Shown: piece by piece, positions 13,304 to 25,733 of the stretch | How positions within the stretch are numbered: position 1 is the first letter of the stretch | Layout: the number at the start of each line of letters is the position of its first letter | Assembly: GCA_051294905.1 (NCBI GenBank) | Contig: CM119371.1 | Coordinates: forward strand, 10,232,001 to 10,296,000 | Source of the DNA: Botryllus schlosseri | Lineage: Eukaryota | Reading direction: 5' to 3' | DNA: 64,000 nucleotides | Program-made: the position numbers and the translations under genes | Notes under the pieces: model-generated | What the model was told of the DNA's origin: nothing | The model's input: the letters and a program-made list of their open reading frames with translations, nothing else | Databases searched by the model: none

Positions 13304-14161
13304 ATGTCCGCTCCATCGAAAGTTATACCCGAAGATGCCTTCAACAGGGAGGAAACGGTGCAAAATTACATAAAGAGTAGGCCACGTGCAATGATGGATA
13401 TGCCGGTTCGGCTTATCATTGAGCGACTCAGGGAATTAGGGAAAATAGATCAACGGTCCGGATGCCTACTTGATGTGGGGTGTGGCAGTGGCGAATCAAC
13501 CAGATTGTTGGCGAAAGACTTCCACCATACCATCGGAGTAGACCCGAGTGCTGCTATGATATCGTATGCCATCGCTTTCGATAATGACACGGCAGGCGTT
13601 GAGTTTAAAGTTGCAAATGCGGAAAAACTGCCTATTGAAGATAGTTCTGTCGACGTGATTACAGCCATGTTTGTTTTACACTACACCGACCTCGCGAAGT
13701 TCATTCCCGAATGCAAAAGAGTGCTAAAACCAGGCGGCATCGCACTATTTTACCGGCAACAGATATCAAAAATATTGTCTGCTGAAGATGACGCTTTACC
13801 CGTAATAGACGGACCGGTGAAAATGATGATTCGACAGCTATTGGAAAAGGCAAGAGAAATGTCGCACCCGAGCTTTCACACATATGAGCTCCATGGAACG
13901 CAATTTGACGCAATCAGCTGGGAAAAGAAAAACATAAAGATAAATGAGCTGGAATTTGCGCCTGATGCCCTGTGGACTCTTGGCTCATGGTCTCGCTTCT
14001 ATCATAACCTCCCGTTTCATCAAAAAGTGCGTAAAAGCGGCGTAAATCCACTGAGTGAACTCGTGCAAGCTGTGAAAAATACCTGGACGATGCAGGATAG
14101 GGATTCCGACGACATCAAAATTAGAGTGGTGTATACGACGGCGATGATTCATTTAAAATAG
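13304..14161 (+). CDS. Class I SAM-dependent methyltransferase (Methyltransf_11-like, small-molecule type), 285 aa, single coding exon
   Basis: Motif I LLDVGCGSG, acidic end of beta2 (IGVDPSAAMI), ANAEKLPIEDSSVDVIT, motif IV AMFVLHY, and RVLKPGG. ATG at 13304 matches the paralog start at 46972; both are 858 nt with no indels. Confidence 0.93.
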   Translation: MSAPSKVIPEDAFNREETVQNYIKSRPRAMMDMPVRLIIERLRELGKIDQRSGCLLDVGCGSGESTRLLAKDFHHTIGVDPSAAMISYAIAFDNDTAGVEFKVANAEKLPIEDSSVDVITAMFVLHYTDLAKFIPECKRVLKPGGIALFYRQQISKILSAEDDALPVIDGPVKMMIRQLLEKAREMSHPSFHTYELHGTQFDAISWEKKNIKINELEFAPDALWTLGSWSRFYHNLPFHQKVRKSGVNPLSELVQAVKNTWTMQDRDSDDIKIRVVYTTAMIHLK

Positions 14162-15775
14162 CAACATGGTAAAACATTCAATGATAAATTGATAGTGCCT
14201 TGCTCATCTCATTGTGTGAAATCATAAAAATGTTGTTTAAAAAGTTACGTAGAAGTGTAATGCGTGAAAAGAAATGAATACCTCACCACGAAACATTAAG
14301 TGTCATCATTTAAATAGGTGCGAGGCAACATGTAGTTCTCCATTCGGGCCTGGTTCACAAAGACGTCGTTAAAGCTCGATTACTTCCTTTAAATATCACA
14401 ACGAGCTTCTTCTTATAGTAGTCGAGATCGCCGAAAATAATTTAGATTATTTTTATAGTAAAAATTTAACGGGTGTCGCTATTCGAAACATGTATGTTAC
14501 TTTTGACATTGTCATATGAATCCCTAATGACTGCAATTAGAAATATAGAGCCAATGTATCTCGTATGCCTCTACTATGCATTTGTATATTGCTTTTAATG
14601 ATAAAGTACAGTTTGCACGACAATATCGCGAATCGAAACTTTCAAAATTGTCGAATTAACGAGATTACCAGTAAATTTCAATTTCATATGGTCCATTTTC
14701 GGTCTTGGTTATTATTATAAATAGTTTTATTGTCTGCTCAGAAGCCCTATACACGTATAAGAGTAAAATCAAGAATATTAACGCGTATTCTGATATGATT
14801 TGGTTGAGTAAATTCAAGACAGCGCCGTGGCGAATAAACAGGAATGACTATCGTGAAGAGTCCTATGCCCAGTAAATAATAAACTTTTCACAACTTCTGT
14901 TTCCATTCCTAGCGGCTGCGATGATGATATTGACTAATCAGACATGTACATATGTTGAACTCCAATAATTCTTGACAGCTTTGGGGGTTTATTATTCGCT
15001 GAAAATGGTGTTTCACCTTAAGAGATGTTCTGGTTTGGATAGATTTGGATCATATTCGTTCGTTACGTAAATCGTCATATCACAGTGCTAAGTGACGTGT
15101 GCAGTGGGTTTGATGTTGAGTTAGCTGGGATTGCCTCTGTTTAACGAAATCCATAGGTATCCATCCCTCGTTCACTCAATCAGATTTCGCATAAGTCATG
15201 TTAAATAAGTGACGGAAATGACAATACAAAATACTGTTGTATGTGCGAGAACTGGAATAAAAGTAATGTTTAAATGAAATAACAGAAAGAAACACTTTTA
15301 CCTTATACACGTTGGCAGTATGAATTTCCTTATCTGCTAAATTCCTTCAGGAATTCGATATTATTGGCATTTGTTTCAGCACGCCCCGTTCGCAACCCAG
15401 GCCCCAACCGATCGACCGGCAAATAAAAATAATCCGGTGAGAGTGTGAACATAAACCGCGATCTGTGCCTTGTTGCCTACTGAATACGTTGATGTTGGCA
15501 ATATCAGTCGTCGTTCAGTCGCAGGTGTTTGTGCTCGAGAAGAAACAGTCTCTATGTCACTTCTCATTTGTATTGCCGCTTCACCTTCATCACTTATCAG
15601 TAGAGCGATTTTTTAGTTGAAATAAACTTAATCATCGTACCCTCAAAATGAATATTTTACCATTTTTGAAATTAAAAAATTAAATTTTTACATAATGTTA
15701 CCCTCATGTTTGTAGATTAGACGTTTTCGCACAGAATGCTAAATTGCCTTCCTTTACTTCGTTTCTGGTGTGAAC

Positions 15776-16667
15776 CAGTGATGGGATCAAGTCACCACCT
15801 TCGAGTCACGAGTCATTTCGAGTCATTGCACATGTTGACTCGAGTCAAGTCAAGTCAATCGATTTTCGAAGGTGACTCGAGTCAAGTCAAGTCACTCGAT
15901 TTTGGGAGGTGACTCGAGTCAAGTCGAGTCAAGTCACGAGTCAAATCACAATTCAAGTCAAATTGCCTATTTGAAGTATTAGGAATGATTACATCATCGC
16001 ATTTTACCAGCTGCCTGATATACAGATTGAGTAGTCATTGATTCTGAGCCAATGATCGAATATATAGTTAAATATACATGCAAAAAGGCGCTGTATTGCT
16101 CACATATACGAACAGAACAGTCTCCGTTTATAGTCACCAGCGAAAATAGAGAAAAGAATTGATAGCATGCAATACATTGGCCATTTACAAATTGATATGA
16201 TACAATTGGAGCCTGCGCCAGTGGTTCAGGACTACATAAATTATATATATCCGAGTTTGGTTAAGGTAAGAACAGAAAACAGAAATAGTCATTTTGCTAT
16301 TACATTACTTTAATATACTAGTTTACGACCACGTAAGCTGTAAGTTTCGATCACTTCGTTTGCGGTCAATTCATTTGTGAGAGAACAATGGAGGGTCAGT
16401 GAAGCCCACGATCATTGAATGGGTTACACCAGCATATTTCGCTAACAATCCGACCATATGCCATATACAGTGATTTCTATCGACGCCGATTACTTGATGA
16501 CTTGAAATTGGCTCGTGAATTTTGCTCCGAGTCACGAGTCAATCCATATTTCTGATATGCCGAGTCAAGTCATTTTAGCAAAGTGACTCGAGTCAAGTCA
16601 AGTCATACGAAAAACGTGACTCTAGTCTGACTCGAGTCAAGTCGTGACTCGTGTCATCTCATTACTG
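15776..16667. mobile_element. hAT MITE with GACTCGAGTC/AGTCA subterminal repeats
   Basis: CAGTGATGGGAT...ATCTCATTACTG termini; perfect TSD GTGTGAAC (15768-15775, 16668-16675); empty site at about 49544. Confidence 0.9.
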
Positions 16668-16924
16668 GTGTGAACTCCCTGTCCTTACGAAGGCGCTTCA
16701 CTGCTAAACTACGCAAGCAGCATCATAGTCCCAATCATTCAAAATTGAAGAGATTTCACGAAACCTTTGAAATTTTAAAAAGATATGAGGAAATACCCTT
16801 CCCTACCCACCACCTTCATATCCATGATATACAATTATAAACATATCAGCGATATTCATTGGATTTAAATCTTACAAGAGTGTTGGTTACGGTATACACT
16901 GGGCACTGTTAGCAATTTATACAG

Positions 16925-17266
16925 CAGATATACATTACGAGTATATTACTTTACCTCTAGTTTACGACAGCGCAATCTGTAAGCTCCGATCATTGCGTTT
17001 GCGATCAATTATTTGTGATATAACAATGGAGGCTCCGTAACACGCACATGTCGCACAATCATTGAGTGATTGGTTGCTCTCACAAGTCAAATCACCGCAT
17101 CGTTAACAATCCGAGCTTTTAAAAGATACAGCGATTTAGTCGACATCGATTACTTGACGAGTCGATCCGCATTTCTGAAACGTCGAGTCGAGTAAAGTCA
17201 TTTTGGAAAGCGATTCGAGTCAAGTCAAATCACAAGAATAAGATGACTCGAGTCATCCCAACACTG
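16925..17266. mobile_element. Partial (right-half) copy of the 15776-16667 MITE family
   Basis: Similar to 16300-16667 and ends with ...GACTCGAGTCATCCCAACACTG. Confidence 0.7.
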
Positions 17267-17356
17267 AATCCCAACAACTAAAATTCGAATACTTTAAACA
17301 AAACTTCCATCGAAACAAGCAGAATGGCGGATCCGTTCAAGATGCAGGCAAGCAAA

Positions 17357-17637
17357 GTTTGTTTGCTTGTTTTGAAGTATTCATGGTGTTTGTCGACTAC
17401 TACAGTCATCTGCACCAGGCTTATATTATTCATTTTTATTCCGTAACTGTCGACTTATAGCATGGCCCACTTGTACGATTTCTGTAGGACACCGCTTACA
17501 CAGATGAGAAGACCAAGAGGAGCCTGGACAAAGCTCCAGCACTTCGGTGTAGGATTTCTGACGTCGATCTCGGTCGGACTCGAACCCACAACACATAGAT
17601 ATTGCAACCGCGGATTATACCACTGCACTATCTCGCC
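17357..17637 (-). mobile_element. tRNA-derived SINE, family 1, with (AAAC)n tail
   Basis: Reverse complement GGCGAGATAGTGCAGTGGTATAATCC...GGTTCGAGTCCGACC (A and B boxes), followed by a ~200-nt non-tRNA body. Other copies at 27232-28388 and 55994-56272. Confidence 0.85.
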
Positions 17638-17649
17638 ATTGGGCTGGCA

Positions 17650-17742
17650 AATTGATTTGTTAAAAGCTGATCCACCCCCGACCACGCAAATCTCCAATAC
17701 GCTAGCGGGTTTACCGAGGATATTGAGGACTGCTTGCAAGTT
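17650..17742 (-). pseudogene. Short SLC49-like MFS relic (LQAVLNILGKPASVLEICVVGGG...)
   Basis: Homologous to 51180-51270 (+) and 55060-55150 (-). Confidence 0.55.
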
Positions 17743-18472
17743 ATTTTAGGCCTTGTGCACCACACGGCACGAATTTCATAATGTCAATGGTTCCTCGCTT
17801 TTTGCATTCCCGTGGACAGCTTTCAATCTCTCTCGAGATCATTCATCAGTCGCTCTCACTCCCATGAATCCAGATCGAGTATAGATAGCTCTAAAATGAT
17901 ACATCCCCCAGCCTTTGTGATAAGATGCCCAATTGGTCATCCTGCCTTGTTTCTATATCTAATACCTAGAAATTGGTTACTTTCCTCTAAGAAGAGCAGT
18001 TTACTCGAATTCCATGAATGTGAATTTTGTCCGTACTTTGTTCGATTTACTACATTGCTAAATCCATTTATTAACATTGCCGGAGGGCAGTAAGGCTGCG
18101 AGATTAGCTAAACGAGTCACATTCTACTCGGCAATCGTGGCATTCGTCTTGGCAGACCATACAGCATATCTGCAGCTCGTGGCGTCTTCCAATTTTTTTT
18201 AAATCGGTAGACCCAATGTATAAACTATTTATAGTGGATAATAATCGTTGATATCAGGTAAACGTAGGCTACTTTACTAGAGATGATATGAGCATTGTGC
18301 TACCCGGAGGAATGTATTAGGTATTGCAATATTCATTTTGTTGATCGTCAGTTATTAAAAACTGATCATTGTAGGGCTACTCGACAAACACCGTGAATAC
18401 CCAACACAAACCAACAAACCTTTTTATGCCCTACCCTCTTTCGTTGCATCTCTTAATACTGATTGCTATAAA

Positions 18473-20195
18473 CAGGGTTGCCATACCGTCCTTATTTCTA
18501 AGATTTGCCCTTATTTTAAAGGGCCACGTCTTAGAAAACTCAACTGTCCTTATTTCTAAGAAATGTCCTTATTTTCGAATTACGTCCTTATTTTGTCTTA
18601 TTTTCAACAACTACAGAACTTTGATCGTCTCCCTCTGGTATCCGTGTGGTATAATATTCTAAAATTACGCTTTCGCGTCGAGATTTTATGACATCATAAA
18701 TGAAAGGAGCTCCCGTGGCGTACGTACCACAGGATGTGACTTCGAAGTGGTGAGATAGCTAGGACAGTGAGTAGTATAGCAGTTTCGGCTCTACCCAGCC
18801 ATTGCAGCGGACGTCATTTTAGCGGTAAACAGCAATACCAGGTTTCTGCTGTTTAGTCTACCGCATAATAAGCTGCGGGAAAGTCAGCATTTATTGCGTA
18901 CTGAAAAGGGTGCACTGCAGTCGACACTTGGGTTAAAAAGTAATAAAGCTATAAACAGGGTTGCCATACCGTCCTTATTTCTAAGATTTGTCCTTATTCT
19001 GAAGGGCCACGTCTTAGAAAACTCGACTGTCCTTATTTCTAAGAAATGTCCTTATTTTCGACTTGCGTCCTTATTCTGTCTTATTTCTTCGATCGTTTTC
19101 CTCGGGTATCTATGTTGCATGTTGCATAATATTCAAAAATTAAGCTTATTCGTCGAGATTTTATGACATCATAAATGAAAGGAACTCTCGTGACGTACAC
19201 GCCACAAGATTTGACTTCTAAATGGTGAGATAGCTAGGGCAGTGAGTGGGGGTACAGCAGTTTCGGCTGTACCAACCTACCGCAGCGGACGTCATTTTAG
19301 CAGTAAACAGCAATGCCAGGTTACTGGTGTTTGGTCCACAGCAGAATAAGCTCAAGCTGTCGGGAAAGCCGCATTTACTGCGTAGTGGAAAAAGGCGCAG
19401 TGCAGTCGACACATTGGTTAAAAAGTAGTAAAGCTATAAATCATTGATAAATTTCTCCAAATTATATTGCACTTGCGCATATAGTTTTAGCTACAAAGAA
19501 GACTAAATGTGATTAGTGAAATAAACAGGCGTAAAAACGTTTTTCGTGTCGATTATGAGAGAGAATTCAATGGTATCTAACAAAGATTGAAGGGCTATTG
19601 TTTCGCGCATAGCAATATCTGCAATTGTGACATTAACCTGGAGGCCATATGAGAGACCGCTACTTCAACTTACACTGATACCCCAAAACACAAGAAGTGT
19701 GTCATCATGATTACTTTGAGCCAGTCAATGAATAATTTTTCCACAAGTCGATCAGCATCAACGACCTCAGACTACAAGGCAGCAGCTGCAGCTGCAACGA
19801 TTACACATCGCAATTGTTCAAAGCACCTACTCCGATTCCGACATTGCAAATAAGTTTTCTTCGGCCAGGACCAAGACAACAAGAATTGTTACTGGAGTTG
19901 TTGCTCCATACCCTCAAAAATGATGGCAACACCAACGGTATTTTTTTTGGTGGGAAGGGGGGCTGACGAAGTGCTGTTTCGGCCCTAAATAAAGGTAAAC
20001 CTACAACTGAGCTGTCCCGAGATCCATGAAGCACTTTCTAATAACAGGGAGTTGCTGGAGCAGGTTCTGGTGAAAAGTATGGAATGTGATATGCCACGGC
20101 TCGTATAAATACAGTGTATGTACAAATACGCTTTTTCATGCTAATTTAATTTTTCGACTGTCCTTATTTTTTGGTCCATGTCGATGACAACCCTG
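18473..20195 (+). mobile_element. Internally deleted hAT element with a tandemly duplicated 5' end and a BED-like zinc-finger relic
   Basis: CAGGGTTGCCAT at 18473 and again at 18956; right end ATGACAACCCTG at 20195; GTCCTTATTT subterminal repeats. About 19515-19700 translates as RRKNVFRVDYEREFNGI*QRLKGYCFAHSNICNCDINLEAI*ETA...TPKHKK. Confidence 0.7.
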
Positions 20196-21805
20196 TGTAT
20201 ATCGCATTAATCATTGTGTATGTGTCTGCGCAGATGAAAATATAATCCGGCGATGATCGATTATAATGCGACTAATGTTAATAATAGACACTTACGTGAC
20301 CTTTGACACGAACCAATCAGGTCGCAGCAGGATGTAAACAAAGGACAAGGCCGGGCAAGCTTACAATGAGCGCTTATGGAAAAGGGTTGAAAAATGAAGG
20401 TATTTAGCAAAATTACATTGAATTGGGAATAGCTGACTTTGGTGAATGATAATAACGTAGAGCTAGTATGTATTTGCAGTGTTCTAACCTACAATAAACA
20501 TGAACGGTGGCAAGCCCTCGTCGGCATAGTACGTCCAAATGAATGGATTTCTGACAACTTTTCGGATGAAGCAACTATTGCTGTATTATCCTTAGTCCTT
20601 AGTCGTATACTATAGGATTGTCGTACCGAATAGCATGTATTAGATTAATCTTGAGTCAGGATATGTAAGGTATTCATTATGTGGGCTTGGCGTTATATGC
20701 GTTCTATTTATGGAATCGTATATAGTACAGTCTACACAGTCTGCATCATTATCTAGCAAATTACTGTTACACTGGACACTTGTCTGCATATTCAGTGATC
20801 ATATTAATATGATATATGTTAGGCAATATGATCCGTTCCCAGCTGAAATCGTCATTTTTTGTTCTAGCTCATGTATTGAATCAATCAGGACAAATGCCGG
20901 ATAACACTGTGCTAATAGCCCGTGTAACTTGGAGATGGCTACCCAGACCGTTCCTGGTGTGCGCTTGTACCTTTACCAGAGCCAATAACATGCACAGAAG
21001 AATGTAAAATCTGGATAAAGGCATGTGGACTTCATTGTAGTCATCTGAATTCTCATTTTATTAATAAAATGACATATCTATTATTGTACCAAAAATATTG
21101 AATCGTGACATAATTTAGATGAAACAATTCTGTGTTTCAAAATGAGTCCAATCTGAAATGCAGTCACACTTGATGCCACAATCGACTTGGTGTGTGTCTC
21201 GTTTTATTCCACTCCAGTTTTGCTGCTTGATGGCATGTGCTGGATTGAAATTGTTGAGAGCAATATATTCAATAATGAGATGAATAGTTGAAATTGGTAG
21301 CGGTGATACGTTGCATGAGTCGGACGAGTGCGCCTTGATAGGTGCCTGCATAGCAGTGTTGTTCTGTAAAATGAACATATTATATATTTTGTGCAGGCTT
21401 GATGGATATCTTTAATGAAGCTGCAGAAAGAGGAAGTCGATGGATAAAACGCAAGAAAATCAAATCTCTGGAAGAAGTAGAACCACAAAACAGGAAACTC
21501 GTCCAGGAAAATTACAAATTAACGGACAATTATTGCTAGTGAAGTTCAGGTCTCATAGGAGCATCATGGTGTCAAAAGATGCGAAGAAGCTGAAATTTTA
21601 AGCTAGACTACAATAAATTCTTTCTGAATTGCCCGACTTATCCTACTGACGTCACATTTATAGTATTGCTGTAAGCATTTTATTAAACCATTGGGTCAAC
21701 CGTATGTAAGTGCTTCATTAAATTTCGATTTGGCCACGTAGATATGTGGTTCTTAAAAATGCACCATTTGCATTCATTCATGATTTCTCAAAACTATAAT
21801 GATTA

Positions 21806-22258
21806 TTGACTGTCAATAAATCACACACAACTTTGAAAGGATTGATGGATTGTGGTGCACTTACTTTTGTGCAGGAACTGTTCACAGGGACCATTTCAGA
21901 TCGAAATATTAGTGAAATATGTGAATTCGACAAGAAATGTGAGAAAATGATGAAGTTCAGCTATGGTGAACCAGGAAATGCTATCATGGCAGAAAAGGGA
22001 TTCACCATTGAGTCTGAAATCAAGAAATTGAATCTAGATGTAAATATTCCTGCACATGATTTGGCACACCGTCAAATGCCTGAGCCAGACTGTTCCGCAA
22101 GAAAGATGGCGAGACAACGTATTCATATTGAACAGCTGATCGGAAGAATCAAGGAGTATAAAATTTTGTCTGGTGTCATACTATGCAGCATTGTGTATCA
22201 ACTAACCAAATATGGACTAATCGCTTACTCTAATTCGAGATTGAAAATTAAAAATTAA
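21806..22258 (+). pseudogene. DDE_Tnp_4-type transposase C-terminal relic of the ISL2EU element
   Basis: KSHTTLKGL...GALTFVQELFTGTISDRNI...AIMAEKGFTIE...NIPA...ARQRIHIEQLIGRIKEYKIL. This matches the GxxSD / MADKGF / RIHVERxIGRIK pattern, with the ADKGF Asp changed to Glu. Confidence 0.8.
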
Positions 22259-22599
22259 AAATGAATGATGCAACATATTCAGCAATTGTGAAAATTCAGT
22301 TCCATTGTGAATATCGTAATGCCTAATAGCATGCTACGGATCGTAATTGCGTGGTGCCATGGTCAATGTGTACCAACAGTGCATGTCTATTCATACTATA
22401 TTCCAGTGGTGTGCATTGAAGCTCATTTAGATGCCCAATTAGTAAATGAACGATTCTCCAGGTGAAAATGTTCTAGGATTATTTGTGTTTGGTGGAATGT
22501 TATAAAACTTAAGACTACAGATACACCAAAATCTACCTTGAGGCGGGAGTTGATCGGTTGCGAGTACGGTCGAGAGATTGCTTGTCAATCACGATCGAG

Positions 22600-23060
22600 C
22601 TCACTGATGCTGATGCAAATCACAATGTAGTCCTTGTAGCTTCAGGTGCTGGATTGTCTTAATCAATGCATATGCATGAGAGCATATATCAGAACCTAAT
22701 ATGAAAATAAATCATGGTTACAATATCTATTGCAGGAGTCTCTGACAAAATGTCTTTTTCCTTACTTACCCTGTCTTACAAGTGCAAGACGAATCAATAA
22801 TGGATTTTCTGAGAATGTGTATTTCCACTGAGTGTGATATATCACTTTTCCGCAAGTTGCGATAACATTAGCTGTTCACTAGAATAGGCCTATTGCTTTC
22901 ACAAAGAGTGGATTGTCTCCTCAATCTTTGTCTCTAAGTCGTGTACGTAGCGCTCCATGAAATACTTCGTAGCTTCCTCCGCGGTGTTAGAACAAGATGC
23001 TGTTCCACTCAAATCCAGAAATTTGATAGAATCTCCATAGCTTTCAAGTTTCATAATCAA
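22600..23060 (-). pseudogene. Relic of the second ISL2EU ORF (SWIM zinc finger; normally N-terminal to a YqaJ exonuclease)
   Basis: Minus strand IIDSSCTCKTG | GTAAG intron (about 22769-22696) | SDICSHAYALIKTIQHLKLQG gives a CxC...CxH pattern. Splice phase is off by 1 nt, consistent with decay. The YqaJ domain itself was not recognised. Confidence 0.55.
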
Positions 23061-24437
23061 TATACCAAAATTGTGATGTGTGGCAGCAGCTGTATTTTAT
23101 AGCATATATTTCTGAACATGAGACATTCTTGAAAATTTCGCTCGAGACCTGGAGCCTATGAAATCGTCAAAATATGCATTACCGCAATCCTATATTATAG
23201 TATACAACAATCGTCGCTTAATCCGAAAAGTTGTCAAAAATCCATGCATTTGGACACAGCACGCTGATGCGTACTTGCCACCATTCATGACTAAAAGTTG
23301 CAACTACATACTAGTTCTACGCTATTACTATTCATTAAGGCCAGTCATCCCCAATTCAACGTAATATTACTTAAAACCTTCATTTTTCAACCTTTTTCCA
23401 TAAGAGCTCATAGTAAGCTTGCCCGGCCTTGTTCTTTGTTTACATCATGCTGCAACCTGATTGGTTCGTGTCAAAGGTCACGTAAGTGTCTATTGTCTGC
23501 ATGGGAAGCATAAAACTCACTGCTATTCGCTATGATTGATTGATTTACCTTAAATCATTATTTCCATGAATCATCAATTAAGGTAAGTATTTTTAAACAG
23601 CTGTCGAAGTATCAGTCGGGTGGATCTCGAAGCATTGCTAGTTGTTTTCCTTGATTTTCAACATGGCTTAGATCATGACCATTATCTTGGGTAATTGAAT
23701 GACGGAACCAGCAGTTATTATCCGCTGTGCAGCGACTGCTCAGGAGTGCCACGAAAAAAATGAGGTAAAGCTGTTTGCCGTCGACATAAAACAATTATGA
23801 AAGGGGTACCACCTATATATAAGGTGTGATATCAAATTCAAGTTGGAAGTGTGAAAACAATTTTATAAATAGCCTCTTTCCTGTGACAGTCGTAACTATA
23901 AACAACAGACGCAGCTTCTTCATGATCTCGGTTGGCAACTAATGATTTTTAGATAGATAGATACATTGAAAACTGCAGCAGTGATTAAGTGCTTGCCGGG
24001 AATTTGGCAAAGGGTTAAGGAGTGATGCGGCATGTCGACATCACATAGATCAGAGGTCGGAAACCTATGGCCCGTATTCAAAGAGACGCCTCGAACTCAA
24101 ACTCAGGGCTTGCTCGACGGAGTAAAGGCGGAGTTCAACTCCATTGGAGTAGCTCCTTGGTATTCAAAGACATTTTCTGGCTTTGCTCAGTTTCGAGTCT
24201 TACTCGACACGTCTGGCATCATTCGCAACTGTGCGCCGTGCGCTCGCTCGGTATGAACTGTTAAGATGCCGGGTTGGAATCCCGGTACGTTTAGCGTAAT
24301 ATATTTGGTGTGCAGTATCACACCGTGAGGACAGTTAGTAGAATCTTTGGTGTGCACGAGACACCGATTCCATATTGGCAGATAAGTATACGGTACGTGT
24401 TTCATTCCTTTCAGATAAAATAGCTATTGACATAGAT

Positions 24438-25190
24438 ATGTTGGAATATTACATGCAAGTGAATGGAAACAGGCTGCAGCAAGTACGGAAGTGCCTTACA
24501 GATTTTGATAATCCCGTGGAATACATCACTGAGGAACTGTGTTCTGATCGCTATAGGCTTACGAAAGCCGGTGTTAGTGGATTATGGAGATCCTACATGA
24601 CCTTACCAGCCCATCCAACAAAGGCCTGCCCCTGCCCCCGCTGTTGAAGTTCCTTGTTGTTTTGCGCTTTTACCCCACAGGAAGCTTTCAAGATGTTGCT
24701 GGGGAACTGGAACATGTCTCCCAGCTCACCGTTGGTTGGTGGATTGGTGAAGCTGGACAGTATTGCCATAGCTCATAAAAGCTCAGCTTCAGCATACATC
24801 AAATTCCCACAAGGTGAAGTGGCACCCAATGAGGCCACACGATTTTACGACAAACAGCTGCTGAACAAGGTTCTAATATACTCCAGAATAACTATAGAGA
24901 GGACTTTTGGATTGTGGAAGAGGCTGTTCCCCTACTTATCACTGGGTCTACGGGCGACACATCAATGACTGTGATGTTAACAGCAGTGTTATACAACTAT
25001 GCCAGAAAGCACAGGTAATATATTTCTTGATATTTTTAATATCAAGCGTTTAACTCCCTTCAAATTTAGGTGCATCATCAACAATGAAACTGATGTTCCT
25101 GTCATCCCACAAGAAGTTGTATGAGGCTCCCTGAGAGGCCTAGATCGGAGACGATGGATCGTAGAAACCCACTTTACGAGTGAAATTTAA
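24438..25190 (+). pseudogene. Harbinger (HARBI1-like) transposase pseudogene, frameshifted, central DDE region deleted
   Basis: DRYRLTK / LPPLLKFLVVLRFYPTGSFQDVAGELEHVSQLTV / YIKFP / SRITIERTFGLWKRLFPYL / AVLYNYA occur across three frames. The GxIDG and DSGY segments are missing. Confidence 0.85.
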
Positions 25191-25365
25191 TTTGTTATCA
25201 CAAATGAAGAAACTGCGGTATCACTTGTATGGAACCGAACGAAATGGTACAGGGTAGAAAAAAAAAAGAAGTGGAACAGTAACTATCAATAATCCACGGT
25301 TACATGAGCATAGCGAAAAAAGCATAAATATCACGGTGCGGTGTTGCAAGTCAAGGCTTGTGCAG

Positions 25366-25733
25366 TGTAACAGTGTGGCTGTGTCGTGCCTGTAGCAGTA
25401 GGTAGCTGGCTGGCGACTGACTGTCCTTAGGTTGGCGACTTCTTAACTCACAGTTTCACTCGGTACGGATGTATTGCAGCAGAAATACGTACGTCAGGTA
25501 GCGTAGTAAAATGAGTCTGAGGGCGTGCGAGAGAGGTCGGCGCATATAGACGAGCGATACGAGAAAAAAAGGTATAGACTTGCGCAGTGCGCGGCAAGAT
25601 AGCGAGACAGGATATTGTGCAATCGTATGTGGGTCACTTGGTAATCGCAGTACTACAGCAAAGCATGTAGTTCCCTCAACAGATACCTGACGTTATTTAG
25701 GGACGTTACGTTAAGGACCAGCGGTCTGCTACA
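25366..25733 (-). repeat. 3' LTR (368 bp)
   Basis: TGTAACAG...CTGCTACA; preceded on the minus strand by the polypurine tract. Confidence 0.9.

Larger units (their letters stand above)
6590..15775 (+). repeat. Segmental duplication, unit A (paralog of about 39955-49555)
   Basis: Long colinear similarity including the MFS relic, shared MITE insertions, the methyltransferase ORF and about 1.6 kb of downstream flank. Boundaries are approximate. Confidence 0.9.
20286..23491. mobile_element. ISL2EU/IS4EU-type (PIF/Harbinger-related) DNA transposon, degenerate, about 200-bp TIRs, AT TSD
   Basis: TIR AGACACTTACGTGACCTTTGACACGAACCAATCAGG... mirrored at about 23300-23491 and flanked by AT on both sides. 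The empty site is confirmed by paralogs at about 7650 and 40690. Contains a DDE relic (+) and a SWIM-finger relic (-). Confidence 0.85.

Noticed and set aside
13304..14161. DNA methyltransferase or restriction-modification system
   Set aside because: No PC, DPPY or NPPY catalytic motif and no partner nuclease; motifs fit small-molecule class I methyltransferases in a eukaryotic context.
17565..17637. tRNA genes (also about 56195-56267, 28340-28388, 4660-4734)
   Set aside because: The A/B boxes are attached to a shared ~200-nt body, a simple-repeat tail and a TSD, so these are SINE heads. No convincing cloverleaf.
20468..20580. THAP domain at the start of the ISL2EU transposase (CSV...RW)
   Set aside because: Position is plausible but the sequence is too degraded to show the full C2CH pattern; not listed as a feature.
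24438..25190. Domesticated host HARBI1 gene
   Set aside because: Frameshifted, catalytic core deleted, and enclosed by TIRs and a TSD.
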